DNA from: Candidatus Woesebacteria bacterium
GTDB lineage: Bacteria; Patescibacteriota; Saccharimonadia; Saccharimonadales; EFPC-124
Length of the DNA: 64,000 bases
Assembly (NCBI GenBank): GCA_050115675.1
Contig: JASFQB010000001.1
Span: forward strand, 96,616-160,615
Direction: 5' to 3'
Made by a program: the position numbers and the translations under genes. Under the pieces are notes generated by a model, which did no database searches, was not told where the DNA came from, and was given only the letters and a program-made list of their open reading frames with translations. This document shows, in pieces, positions 8,938 through 19,222 of the stretch (within the stretch, counting starts at the first letter, position 1; every line of letters begins with the position of its first letter).

Positions 8938-11475
8938 CTAATAACTGGTTTGTATCCATTCGCTGCCATTATAAACTTTTACGGGTTTTGTAACCCAAGC
9001 TGATCCGTTCCACACTTTTGCCGGCTTGGCTGTCCAGCTGCCATTGTAGACTTTTGCATTTCCGCCCGTGCCATCGCTTGTAATAAAATCTACAACGTTG
9101 CCAAATGCTACTGCGTCACCTACAGTTACGCCTGTTGTTCCCCACGCTTGCCAATGATAGCTAGCGCGCGCGGTTAAGCCGGTGGTGGCAACTCCCATTA
9201 TTTGATAAATGTAGGGTGATTTATCTGTCCACGCCCAACTTGCGGGGCTATCTGTAAAGTTTAGTTCCTGAGTGTCATTAAACCATGTGCCCGAAACTGG
9301 TCGGCCGCAAGCGACCAAAAAGTAATCTCCTATGACCATGCAGCCTGCGCTGCGTCTTGCAGAAGGAGTGTTGCTTGTTGCTTGCGTGGTCCACGATGTA
9401 AAAGAGCTTGTGCTTGTGTATCTAACGGTATTGTTTACAGCGGAGCCGTCGTATCCCCCAAAGCAAACTAGCCTTTGGTTGGTTGTATCGTAACCTAAAG
9501 TTGCTCCGCGAACAGCAAGACCTCCCGTTACTCCTGTGTCTGTCCAGGAGCAGTTTGCAGTGCTTATGTCTAAATAGAATAGTTGTGAAGTAAAAGTTGT
9601 GCCTCCAGTATTAGTGGCGCCGCCATGAATGTATAATCTGTTATTTGCCGAATCAAAAGCAAAGCAAGACTGCCAGGCGGTAGCCGGAGCTGATCCGGTT
9701 GGAGAAAGCTGGGTCCAAGCTTCTGCACCATCTGTTAAATCTAGCTCCCAAACATCGCCCAAAACTGCAGATTGGCTTTGTCCGCCCCACATAACCATTC
9801 GCTGATTGGTTACATCGTAACACCCATTCGCAAACCATCTTTGAGTTGGTAGGCTGCCACTTGGTGATAATTTTGTAGCATGATACATGCCATGAGAATC
9901 GGCTTTAAGCTCCCAGGTGTCGTTTGTGCGTTGATTTGCTCCGCACAGGCCGCCAAAATATATAGTACGTTGATTTGCAGAGTCGTAAACTGCCAGCCCT
10001 CCTTCGTTTGCCGGTATGCTAAAAGGTCCTTTGGCAGCAAAGCGCCACTTGTTAGCTGTTCGGTCGTATGCCCATATGTCTGAAACGTGTTCGCCACGAC
10101 TTGTTGTGGCGTCGTCGTCCATTGCGCTGTATCCGCTAATTAAAAGCCATTCGCTGCGATCGGAATCGTAAACACAGGTAGGTGCGTCGCGACCTCTAAA
10201 ATAATCAATTACTGTTAAGCCATACATTGGGGCGGTCGCGGAAGTGTCATTCATGTCAAACGCCCAGGTGTATTTGTTATTGCCGTCGTATCCGTATTGC
10301 GTGGCAAAAACAAACATGTTGCGGCTTGTGTCTATGGCAGAGGCGCAACTAGAAAATGCCAAAATTCCTTGGTTGGTTAAGTCGTTGCTTTTTATCTGCG
10401 TCCAAGCTTCTGCGCCAGAGGTTAATGAGAGCTGAATAACGTCATTGCGATTTGTACTGATTGATCCTTGCCAGCCACCAGTCAATAGTGCTCGGCCATT
10501 TATAGGGTCGTAGGCTATATTGAATAATTGTCTGCCTCCTGGTGTTGTGCCACTTGGTGATAATTGAGTAAAGCTGCTGCCACTTATGCTGTATTCCCAG
10601 GCGTCACTTAAGTAGTTGCTTCCATCGTAGCCGCTGGACACAATTAATCTTGCATTTGCTGAGTCATATATCATTCCTGCGCCAGATCGCCTTGAAGGAC
10701 TGCCGGCGGCACCATCCGCTGTTAGTGTGGTCCAAGTAACTGCGGCAGGGGAGTTGACATCAAAAGTGCAACGTTGCAAATCGTTAACCAATGCTGCGCT
10801 TGATCCCCCGAATAAGTAAAGGTCGGTTGTGCTTGATGTGGTATTTATCGGCACCATGGTTTGAGAGATATACGATCGTGTGGCTGGCGTGTTAGTCTGT
10901 GAAACCGTAGACCAGGCTTCGCTGTCTGGAGTGGTGATGTCAAGAGTGTGCATTTCGTTCAGGTTAGATGGAGAAGCGCCGCCCCAAACTATCATGTATG
11001 CTTTATCGACCGATCCAGACGTCGTGCCTCGTACAAATGCCGCACCAGCTAAGTTTTTTGCAGTTGGAGGTGTGCCAGAAGGGCTAAGCTTGCGCCAACG
11101 AGCATACGCGTCATCTGCAGAAAGCGAGTAAACGTCATTAAAACGAGTTACGCCGTTGTAGCCGCCAAAAAGTATAAAACGTTTGTTTTTTGCGTCGTAA
11201 ACTAAATTTGCTCCGCGACGCTGTGTTGGTAGATAAGTTTCTTTTAAAATTCGGGCAACATTGGTAGATGTAGCTGCGTCGCTAAAATTTGTGCCAGTTG
11301 GTCTGACTTCTGTGCTTAGACTTGTCGCAGATGCTGGTGTTGAGCTATAAACGTCAGATTCCAACCAAATATCATTAGAAATGCCATCGCCGGCAGTGTT
11401 TCCACCAGATACTATAGTGGTATATTGATCATCGCGATATTGTCCTCGCGGGACTATGTCTGGATCGCTGGCCAT
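8938..11475 (-). CDS. Kelch/galactose-oxidase-like beta-propeller protein with three C-terminal KVxNG..W repeats
   Basis: Many xYDxxNxRxILFGG...NDxW kelch repeats; ends KVYNGSW-TAKPA-KVWNGSAW-VTKPV-KVYNGSEW. Confidence 0.85.
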   Translation of the reverse strand: MASDPDIVPRGQYRDDQYTTIVSGGNTAGDGISNDIWLESDVYSSTPASATSLSTEVRPTGTNFSDAATSTNVARILKETYLPTQRRGANLVYDAKNKRFILFGGYNGVTRFNDVYSLSADDAYARWRKLSPSGTPPTAKNLAGAAFVRGTTSGSVDKAYMIVWGGASPSNLNEMHTLDITTPDSEAWSTVSQTNTPATRSYISQTMVPINTTSSTTDLYLFGGSSAALVNDLQRCTFDVNSPAAVTWTTLTADGAAGSPSRRSGAGMIYDSANARLIVSSGYDGSNYLSDAWEYSISGSSFTQLSPSGTTPGGRQLFNIAYDPINGRALLTGGWQGSISTNRNDVIQLSLTSGAEAWTQIKSNDLTNQGILAFSSCASAIDTSRNMFVFATQYGYDGNNKYTWAFDMNDTSATAPMYGLTVIDYFRGRDAPTCVYDSDRSEWLLISGYSAMDDDATTSRGEHVSDIWAYDRTANKWRFAAKGPFSIPANEGGLAVYDSANQRTIYFGGLCGANQRTNDTWELKADSHGMYHATKLSPSGSLPTQRWFANGCYDVTNQRMVMWGGQSQSAVLGDVWELDLTDGAEAWTQLSPTGSAPATAWQSCFAFDSANNRLYIHGGATNTGGTTFTSQLFYLDISTANCSWTDTGVTGGLAVRGATLGYDTTNQRLVCFGGYDGSAVNNTVRYTSTSSFTSWTTQATSNTPSARRSAGCMVIGDYFLVACGRPVSGTWFNDTQELNFTDSPASWAWTDKSPYIYQIMGVATTGLTARASYHWQAWGTTGVTVGDAVAFGNVVDFITSDGTGGNAKVYNGSWTAKPAKVWNGSAWVTKPVKVYNGSEWIQTSY

Positions 11476-11994
11476 CTAGTTTGTGCCTATCCACACATCG
11501 CCAGCAGACGGACTGGTAGGTGCGGTGCTGCTAACAGTTATTTTTGCAAAACCTGAGGCTTCTGCAACAGAAAGATTGGTGCGCGCAGTAGGGGCGTCTG
11601 CAACATCGCTTAAATTGCTTGCCGCAGCTAATTTGCCGCTTAAATCAGTAGTTAAATCGGTGATCTTGCTTTGCGAAATTGTGTCTACGTCGCTGTCGCC
11701 AATGTTAAGTGCGGCTAATTTTGATTTGGCTATGGCTGCCGTTGCGCTGATTTCGCTGTTGGCAATAGAAAGACTAAGCTTGCTCTGAGCTATTGCTGCT
11801 GACGTGTTTACTTCGCTATCCGTAATAGAAAGGCTAAGTTTACTTTGCTCAATGCTGGCGGATGATGCAACGGTGTCATTTGTGACCGCTCCAGATTTTA
11901 GGGTTCCACCGCTGGTGTGTGCCTGCAAAAGATAGTCGTTTAGGATTGTTCCCCAAACGCCGTCATCTCCTCCTGATACGGGTAATCTTGCCAT
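11476..11994 (-). CDS. Fibre-like stalk protein with MxRLP..DDGVWG N-terminal domain
   Basis: Internal SAAIAQSKLSLSI repeats, LAAASNLSDVADAPTARTNL fibre-like motif, C-terminal TAPTSPSAGDVW; homologous to the DGR target. Confidence 0.75.
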   Translation of the reverse strand: MARLPVSGGDDGVWGTILNDYLLQAHTSGGTLKSGAVTNDTVASSASIEQSKLSLSITDSEVNTSAAIAQSKLSLSIANSEISATAAIAKSKLAALNIGDSDVDTISQSKITDLTTDLSGKLAAASNLSDVADAPTARTNLSVAEASGFAKITVSSTAPTSPSAGDVWIGTN

Positions 11995-12151
11995 TGTCTA
12001 CCTCATTGCGCCTATGCTTTTACTCTATTATAAAGTAAATACTATAGCTACAAAAGCCCAAAATGATATTAGATTGGCTAAATGATTATTGGCATTGTTT
12101 TTGTATTTTGATACGATTTTACATACGGCCAGAGCAACCTAAGGAGTAGAA

Positions 12152-12658
12152 ATGTTTCGCATTGGGCTAGATGTAGGCGGTGTGATTATTGATTCTTTAG
12201 CTAATGACAATACGCCAACCGATTTTATGGGCGATCATTACTTACGAACTACAGCTGTTTCTGGTGCTCTCGATGGAGTCTGCGGGCTTGTTGAGCGCTT
12301 TGGGCGAGACAATGTGTACATCATTTCAAAGGCACGACGCCAAATGGTCCGAGATAGGATTGTTAGGTGGCTGTGGGCGCATGAATTTCTTCATAGCACT
12401 AGGCTAGAACGTGGCAACGTATTTTTTTGCAGTACGTGGATTGACAAAACTCCGATTGCGGCACAACTAAGGTTGAATGCTTTTGTGGATGACAGATGTG
12501 ATGTATTGCGATATATGCAGGTATCCGTTCCGTGGAGGTTTTTGTTTAGGCCTCAGCCGCGTCTTAGTCAAAACACAACGGGATTGGTTGCGGTTGCGAG
12601 TTGGAGGCAATTGACATTAAAAATCGATAGACTTCGTTCTGGTCGCCCCGTGCGCTAG
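12152..12658 (+). CDS. HAD-like hypothetical protein
   Basis: IGLDVGGVI motif I variant, YIISK, FVDDR motif; AAGGAG SD. Confidence 0.6.
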   Translation: MFRIGLDVGGVIIDSLANDNTPTDFMGDHYLRTTAVSGALDGVCGLVERFGRDNVYIISKARRQMVRDRIVRWLWAHEFLHSTRLERGNVFFCSTWIDKTPIAAQLRLNAFVDDRCDVLRYMQVSVPWRFLFRPQPRLSQNTTGLVAVASWRQLTLKIDRLRSGRPVR

Positions 12659-12669
12659 CCGTATTATTG

Positions 12670-12697
12670 AAGCCCGCTTGATCTAAGCGGGCTTTTT
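12670..12697 (+). terminator. Intrinsic terminator
   Basis: AAGCCCGCTT-GATCT-AAGCGGGCTTTTT. Confidence 0.65.
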
Positions 12698-12765
12698 AAA
12701 CTGGTAATAAAAGTCTTAGCGGTGTAAAATTATAGTATACTTAAACTAGTAAATGGGTAGGCAGT

Positions 12766-13656
12766 ATGACTGACGTAATTATTGGCGTAAAAGGTCTTAT
12801 TAAAGATTTTGGACACAATCGGGCACTAAACAATTTGGATCTAACTGTTCATGCAGGTGAGGTCCATGGTTTTTTGGGTCCAAATGGCGCCGGCAAATCA
12901 ACGACTATTCGTATTTTGTTGGGAATGCTACATAAAAATGCAGGCGAGGTGCAACTTTTGGGTAAAGACCCGTGGCGTGACGCAGTAGAGTTGCATAAAC
13001 ACTTGGCCTACGTGCCGGGAGATGTAAGTCTTTGGCCAAATCTGTCTGGCGGAGAAGCTATCGATTTGCTTGGCAGGCTGCGTGGTGGGCCGGTAACTGC
13101 ACGGCGCCAAGAGTTAATTGATCGTTTTAATCTTGATCCTACTAAAAAATGCGGCACGTACTCTAAGGGTAATCGCCAAAAAGTTGCAATTATTGCAGCA
13201 TTGGCGTCTGATGTAGATTTGTATTTGCTGGATGAGCCTACATCTGGCCTTGATCCCCTAATGCAAGCTGTTTTTAACGAATATGTAACCCAGTTGCGTC
13301 ACGAAGGTAAAACCATCTTATTGTCCAGTCATATATTAGCTGAGGTTGACACGCTCTGTGACGAAGTAACAATTATCAAAGAGGGTAAAGATATTATCTC
13401 TGACAAGCTTTCGTCGTTGCGACACATGACTTACTCTACGGTTACTGTTCAAACAAAAAAACCAATTACAGGTTTAAACAAAATGCCCGATGTTTCTGAT
13501 GTTACGGTGAATGGCGATCATACTACATTTAGGGTAAAAAACGGCGGGCTAAGTGCAGCGCTTACGCATGTTGCCAAATTTGGTATGCATAGTATTTACA
13601 GCGCTCCGCCAACTCTAGAGCAATTATTTATGCGACACTACGAGGAAGCTGAATAA
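12766..13656 (+). CDS. ABC-2 exporter ATP-binding protein
   Basis: Walker A GPNGAGKST, signature YSKGNRQK, Walker B LLDEPTSGLD, H-loop SSH. Confidence 0.92.
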   Translation: MTDVIIGVKGLIKDFGHNRALNNLDLTVHAGEVHGFLGPNGAGKSTTIRILLGMLHKNAGEVQLLGKDPWRDAVELHKHLAYVPGDVSLWPNLSGGEAIDLLGRLRGGPVTARRQELIDRFNLDPTKKCGTYSKGNRQKVAIIAALASDVDLYLLDEPTSGLDPLMQAVFNEYVTQLRHEGKTILLSSHILAEVDTLCDEVTIIKEGKDIISDKLSSLRHMTYSTVTVQTKKPITGLNKMPDVSDVTVNGDHTTFRVKNGGLSAALTHVAKFGMHSIYSAPPTLEQLFMRHYEEAE

Positions 13657-15293
13657 TGAGTTTTAAAAATCTGTTTTCCGGAACTTTTAAGCTTTTTAGG
13701 CTTTATTTAAGATGCGATCGCATAAAACTTGCCATATGGATATTCGGTAGTATAGCAATAATGTACGCTTCTGCTTGGAGTGTGGTTGAGCTATACAAAA
13801 CACCCGAACAAATCTATGGCTATGTGTCTGTCGCTGTATCAAACGCAGCTTCTAGGGCGTTTAACGGGCCAATCTTAGGAGCGACTCAGGCCTCTGTTGT
13901 GCTTACCGAAACCTTTTCGTTTTTTACTTTGGTCGTGGCATTTGCCAGTACTCTTTTGGTTGTTCGCCATACTAGACAGGCCGAAGAAAACGGCAGGGCA
14001 GAACTTGTTACTGGTGGAGCGGTGGGTGTTTTTGCACCGTTAACAGCCTCCTTATTGCTGGCACTTTGCTTAAATATTGCACTTGGTGCTACATTTACTT
14101 TTAGTTATGTTGCTTGTGGATTAGGCTGGGGCGGGTCTGTTATGGCGGGGCTTGCCATGGGGATGGTCGGGGTCATTTTTGCAGCAATCGCAGCAATCGC
14201 AGCTCAAATTACGCAAACTTCTAGGGCTGCCAATGCCATTGCTGGTGGTGCAATAGGATTCTTCTTTCTAGTTCGAGCGGTAGGTGATGTTTTAGGTAAA
14301 GTTGAACCAAACGGAGTAGAGGTCAAAAGCTCTTGGTTGACTTTTTTGTCGCCAATGGGGTTGGCTCGCGAAACCCAGCCATTGGTTCGCGATAATATTT
14401 GGCCGGTTTACGTATTGTTGGCCCTTGCATTTTTACTGGTTATTATTGCATTTATAATATTAAAAAATCGCGATTTGGGCTCGGGGATTGTGCCCGTGCG
14501 GCGTGGTCCGCCAGAGGCATCTTCTTTGCTTTCAAACGTTTTTGGTCTAGCTTGGCGTCAGCAGTGTGGTTTAATAGTTGGATGGTCTGTTTGTATAGTT
14601 TTAATGGCAGCGATAGTCGGTGGTATGGCAGACGAAGCAGGCAAGTTTTCTTCTTCGAACCAAACAATGAACGATCTTATTACGCTATTGGGCGGAAGCG
14701 AGAATATCGTAAAAGCCTATCTAACATTTTGTATGTTGCTGATGGGCGTAATGGTTGCCGCATATACCATACAAGCGATGCAAAAAACCAGAGCCGAAGA
14801 AGTAGGCGGTAGGCTAGAGCAAATACTTGCTTGTCGCGTTAGTCGCATGTCTTGGCTACTAAGCCATGTTTTATTGGTGGCACTAGGAGGAACGCTGCTG
14901 CTTGTTTTAAGTGGTGTAGCGACGGGTTTGACCTACGGAATTGTAATTAATGATATTTGGAATCAAACATCTTCGTTGCTGGTTGCAGGTCTAGCGCAGT
15001 TGCCCGCAGTTTTAATATTTTTGGGATTCTCTGCGCTTAGCTTTGCTGTATTGCCAAAAATTTCTATAATGCTAGACTGGCTATTTTTTGCAGCATGCTA
15101 TGTAGTAATACAATTTGGTGAAGTATTTAAATTGGACCAGTGGGTTTTGGACTTGTCTCCATTTACGCACGTGCCAGCAATGCCCTCGCAAGATATTGCC
15201 TGGTGGCCAGTAGTTAGTATGACGATGATAGCTGTAGTTGGTATAATCGCCTCGCTCGTATTGTTTAGACGGCGTAATTTGACAACTGTATGA
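13656..15293 (+). CDS. ABC-2 exporter permease (polyketide/ionophore exporter type)
   Basis: About 12 TM helices; VRHTRQAEENGRAEL and RAEEVGGRLE duplicated motifs; translationally coupled to the ATPase. Confidence 0.85.
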   Translation: MSFKNLFSGTFKLFRLYLRCDRIKLAIWIFGSIAIMYASAWSVVELYKTPEQIYGYVSVAVSNAASRAFNGPILGATQASVVLTETFSFFTLVVAFASTLLVVRHTRQAEENGRAELVTGGAVGVFAPLTASLLLALCLNIALGATFTFSYVACGLGWGGSVMAGLAMGMVGVIFAAIAAIAAQITQTSRAANAIAGGAIGFFFLVRAVGDVLGKVEPNGVEVKSSWLTFLSPMGLARETQPLVRDNIWPVYVLLALAFLLVIIAFIILKNRDLGSGIVPVRRGPPEASSLLSNVFGLAWRQQCGLIVGWSVCIVLMAAIVGGMADEAGKFSSSNQTMNDLITLLGGSENIVKAYLTFCMLLMGVMVAAYTIQAMQKTRAEEVGGRLEQILACRVSRMSWLLSHVLLVALGGTLLLVLSGVATGLTYGIVINDIWNQTSSLLVAGLAQLPAVLIFLGFSALSFAVLPKISIMLDWLFFAACYVVIQFGEVFKLDQWVLDLSPFTHVPAMPSQDIAWWPVVSMTMIAVVGIIASLVLFRRRNLTTV

Positions 15294-15365
15294 TTGACTT
15301 GCTGAATAAAAGCGCATAAAATAAATGATTAAAGCGGTCAAGTCTAGTTTTAGAGAGAGGTTGCC

Positions 15366-15665
15366 ATGCCAACTTTCCCGACTCCAGAACAACTTTCTCA
15401 GCAGCAGCGCGCTGCAGTTCAGGCGGATGTCGAGAAGCTTCGTGCGGCCGTTATGGAGGCTTTTAATCGGCCAGGCTCTGACGGTAGCTATTACGTGTAC
15501 GTCGAAGGGTACTCTGATGTAGCTGTAGGGATTGTTATAAAGGAGCTTGAAGCATCTGCTTGGAGCGTCAGTTATGAGAGTAGCCCACGAGAGGGCTCTG
15601 CGTTGCGAATACGGCCCAATCCTGCTGCTTCTCGTGGGGGCGGAAACGCCACTGCTTGGCTCTGA
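15366..15665 (+). CDS. Hypothetical protein
   Basis: GAGAGG SD, 99-aa ORF followed by a hairpin. Confidence 0.55.
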   Translation: MPTFPTPEQLSQQQRAAVQADVEKLRAAVMEAFNRPGSDGSYYVYVEGYSDVAVGIVIKELEASAWSVSYESSPREGSALRIRPNPAASRGGGNATAWL

Positions 15666-15853
15666 CTTGTGATTGCCCCGTGACCCATATTCTGGGTCGC
15701 GGGGTATTTTTAGTTGTTGTCAAAAAACTTGTTAATTGCGCAAGGCGAGGTTGTATTGACTATTTAATTGTTTCGTTGTATTATTTACCAGATTGTTTGA
15801 CTCTATCGTCAGGCAAATTGTTCGTTACATGTTTATCCTAAAAGGGGATTGCA

Positions 15854-17653
15854 ATGGAGGCTCTAAAGCCAAGCGATCCGACCAGGATTGGTCCTTACGA
15901 GGTTGAGGGCGTTGTTGGTCGGGGCGGAATGGGCATTGTCTATTATTGTACAAGGGGCGCTACAGCAGTTGCCGTAAAAGTCATTAATCCAAATCTGAAT
16001 TACGATCTTGAAGCGCGTAGGCGTTTTAGGCGAGAAATTGTTGCAGCAAAGAAAGTTGGGGGCAATTGTGTTGCAAAGGTTGTTGATGAAGGCTCAGATC
16101 AGGGGATGCTCTGGTATGCCAGCGAGTTCATTGAGGGAGTAACCCTGCATCAGGCTGTAGCTCTAGAACGTTTTAACGATGATGCGTTCTCTAACCTCGT
16201 CCGTGGGCTGTGCAAGTCTTTGCGTGAGATCCACGGTTCGGGTATTGTGCATCGTGATCTAAAGCCGACAAATATTATGATTGGTCCGCGCGGTGCTGTA
16301 GTATTAGACTTTGGTATCTCTCATATTTTGGGAGGAACGGCAATTACGGCAACTGGCGAGGTGATTGGCACTGCCAATTATATGTCGCCTGAGCATTTTG
16401 GTATTGGACAAGTTAGTCAAGCGAGTGATATTTTTGCATTGGGTAGTGTTTTGGTTTTTGCTGCTACCGGAAGGCCAGCTTTTGGTAATCACCAAACTCT
16501 GGCTACGGCGATGCGCGCCATTTTGGATGATCCGCCTGACTTGCGCGGCGTATCTGGACTAGCGCGCAAGATTATTGAACTTTGTTTGCAGAAAGATCCA
16601 GCAAGACGTGCTACGCTAGACCAAGTCGAGGCGCTTTTGCCCGCTGCCAAAACGGTTGTTTTGGGCAATGCCGAATGGCTGCCGCCAACTGTTAAGCAGC
16701 GGGTACTGGCGTCAACAAAGGCCTATCCAAAACCTCAGGCTACGCGCGTTGCGCCAAGTTTAGCCGTATCCGTCGTGCCAGATCAGTCGCGGGATGGGAG
16801 TGCGGATCAGACGAATGGGCGAAGTAACGCAGATAATGATGAAATTAGCACAACTGCTGTCGCCATTGCTTCTATTGTTACATTAGCTCTTATTGTAAGC
16901 GCAGTCTGGTTTGTTGTTAGACCAGCCGGCTGGGCTGATCAGATTAGGGCAAATTCGCTTTTAGGAGATCTTCCGCAAGTAGAGTTTGTACCCAAAGAGT
17001 CTGGCTTGATTGATGCTGGTTCTGGCAGAACAATTGCCGTAATCAGTGCAGAATCTGTAGGTTATAATCTCTTGATTAAGGCGTCATTTGAAGGTTACGA
17101 TGTTCCTGGCGCGGCAGCTGCCGCAAATGCGCTGTGTGCTGCAACAAGCTATCGCGGCGAAGACGAAATAATTAAGTACGAAGGCAGCACTTCGTTGGCT
17201 GACCCCGTTTTTGTTATGAGCGACGGCAGTATGCAGGTAAGTGTTGTTTTTAGCGCGGCATTGACGCTTTCTTCCAAGGTCTGGATTGGTCAAGAGTGTG
17301 ATTTTAGCCAACGTCTTAATGTTGGTTATAATTACTATCAAAGCAGCCATGACACAATGGTTCTTACAAATCAAGGGCAGTCTGTGCCTGTACTTTTGCT
17401 TAGTGACGAAATGTTTGTCGTGCCAAGTGGTGCGGACGGCTACTACTACAAAGCCCACAACTCGGATGGATCGACAGAGATTGTTGTTCCACAAAAAATA
17501 ATCACTAAAAGTAAGGGCAATGTAGATTTTGATGTTTATCTAGCGAATGAAGGCGTAACAGAACCGTGGCTTTGTCTTAAGCGAGAAGCTGATAAAAGCC
17601 CGGAATCGTCCTGTAGTGCGACATTGGTAACAACGCATAATCCAGTTGAGTAA
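15854..17653 (+). CDS. Membrane Hanks-type Ser/Thr protein kinase
   Basis: GRGGMG, AVKVI, HRDLKPTN, DFG, YMSPE, SDIFALG; one TM and an extracellular C-terminus. Confidence 0.92.
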   Translation: MEALKPSDPTRIGPYEVEGVVGRGGMGIVYYCTRGATAVAVKVINPNLNYDLEARRRFRREIVAAKKVGGNCVAKVVDEGSDQGMLWYASEFIEGVTLHQAVALERFNDDAFSNLVRGLCKSLREIHGSGIVHRDLKPTNIMIGPRGAVVLDFGISHILGGTAITATGEVIGTANYMSPEHFGIGQVSQASDIFALGSVLVFAATGRPAFGNHQTLATAMRAILDDPPDLRGVSGLARKIIELCLQKDPARRATLDQVEALLPAAKTVVLGNAEWLPPTVKQRVLASTKAYPKPQATRVAPSLAVSVVPDQSRDGSADQTNGRSNADNDEISTTAVAIASIVTLALIVSAVWFVVRPAGWADQIRANSLLGDLPQVEFVPKESGLIDAGSGRTIAVISAESVGYNLLIKASFEGYDVPGAAAAANALCAATSYRGEDEIIKYEGSTSLADPVFVMSDGSMQVSVVFSAALTLSSKVWIGQECDFSQRLNVGYNYYQSSHDTMVLTNQGQSVPVLLLSDEMFVVPSGADGYYYKAHNSDGSTEIVVPQKIITKSKGNVDFDVYLANEGVTEPWLCLKREADKSPESSCSATLVTTHNPVE

Positions 17654-17758
17654 CGACAAGTTGATGGGGTGGCCTGTAAAGGTCGCCCCTGTTTAATTAC
17701 TGAAGGTATTTGTGTATAATAATTACCATCAAAAAAGCATAATCAAAATGGCAAAATC

Positions 17759-19180
17759 ATGACAACAAGCTTAAAAGAACACAAAACAAAACCATTGCCC
17801 AAAGCCCTGTCTTTGCGCAAAATCATTGGGCCAAGTTTTATAATATTGGGACTTGGCTTGGGCAGCGGTGAGGTTATTTTATGGCCATATTTAGCTTCTC
17901 AATATGGGATGGGCATGATATGGGGTGCTGTTTTGGGCTTAACTTTGCAATTCTTTATGAATATGGAAATAGAGCGCTACGCACTTGCGCGCGGCGAAAG
18001 CATTTTTGTTGGTTTTGCGCGCAAGGCTAGATGGCTGCCGTTTTGGTTTGCGTTATCTACATTTATACCCTGGATGTGGCCAGGAATAGTCGCCTCGTCT
18101 GCAACTCTGATTAGCCATATTTTTGGAATATCTGATGTAAAATATGTGTCGGTTGGGCTTTTGGTGCTCATGGGCCTGATACTGTCTCTTGGGCCAGTGC
18201 TATACAAAACGGTAGAGACTCTGCAAAAAGTCTTAATTATCGCAGGCGTTCCATCAATTTTTGTAATTAGCATTATGCTTGCAAAGCCACAAGACTGGAC
18301 TGCAACAGCACAGGGTCTGGTGGGCGTTGGTGATGGTTATTGGTTATTTCCAGTTGGCATAGGACTGGCATTTATAGCCACAAAATTTACAAGTGCACTG
18401 GCGTATGCAGGGGCTGGTGGCAACTTAAACTTGGCTCAGTCGTTTTATGTTCGCGAAAAGGGTTTTGGAATGGGTAAATATGCTGGTCGCATTACTAGCT
18501 TGTTTACGGGTAAAAAAGAAAACGTAAGCCTAGAAGGTTTTAAATTTGCTGACACCGCAGAAAATACTAAACAGTTTAAAAAATGGTGGCGCACAATAAA
18601 CACCGAACACTTTTTGGTTTTTTGGCTTACTGGTTCGATTACAATTATTTTACTGAGCTTGTTGGCCTATACAACCACCTATCATGTAGGTGGATTAAGC
18701 GAGGGTATCGGATTTGTTGTAAATGAAGCCAACGTTATTGGCGAAAGGCTGGTGCCCGCTATTGGGATATTCTTCTTGATAGTTGTGTCACTTACGTTAT
18801 TTGGAACGCAACTAACAGTGTTTGACGCTACAAGCAGAATTATCGCAGAAAACGCAGTGCTAAGTGCTCCCAAGATGTTTAAAGCTAATCTAATTCCCAA
18901 GATATACTATGCAGTTTTGTGGTTGTTTATTTCTGTGGGAATAATCATTTCGCTATTCTTTAATGCTCAGCCTTTACAGCTGCTAGTTATAGCTGCAGTG
19001 CTAAATGCCTTTGCTATGTTTGTTCATAGTGGCCTTACGGTATGGTTAAATCGCACTAATTTGCCAAAATCTATACGCATAAACAATTGGCGTACAGCAG
19101 TTATGGTGTTTGCCTGTGTATTTTATGGTGTGTTTAGTATTTTTGTAATTGTTAGTGAAGTTCAAAAATTATTTAAATAA
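17759..19180 (+). CDS. Nramp-like/APC-fold membrane transporter
   Basis: IGPSFIILGLGLGSGEVILWP, EIERYALARGES; about 11 TM helices. Confidence 0.75.
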   Translation: MTTSLKEHKTKPLPKALSLRKIIGPSFIILGLGLGSGEVILWPYLASQYGMGMIWGAVLGLTLQFFMNMEIERYALARGESIFVGFARKARWLPFWFALSTFIPWMWPGIVASSATLISHIFGISDVKYVSVGLLVLMGLILSLGPVLYKTVETLQKVLIIAGVPSIFVISIMLAKPQDWTATAQGLVGVGDGYWLFPVGIGLAFIATKFTSALAYAGAGGNLNLAQSFYVREKGFGMGKYAGRITSLFTGKKENVSLEGFKFADTAENTKQFKKWWRTINTEHFLVFWLTGSITIILLSLLAYTTTYHVGGLSEGIGFVVNEANVIGERLVPAIGIFFLIVVSLTLFGTQLTVFDATSRIIAENAVLSAPKMFKANLIPKIYYAVLWLFISVGIIISLFFNAQPLQLLVIAAVLNAFAMFVHSGLTVWLNRTNLPKSIRINNWRTAVMVFACVFYGVFSIFVIVSEVQKLFK

Positions 19181-19222
19181 AATCTTTTATAGATAAAATC
19201 AAGATGCTATAATATCCTCTGC

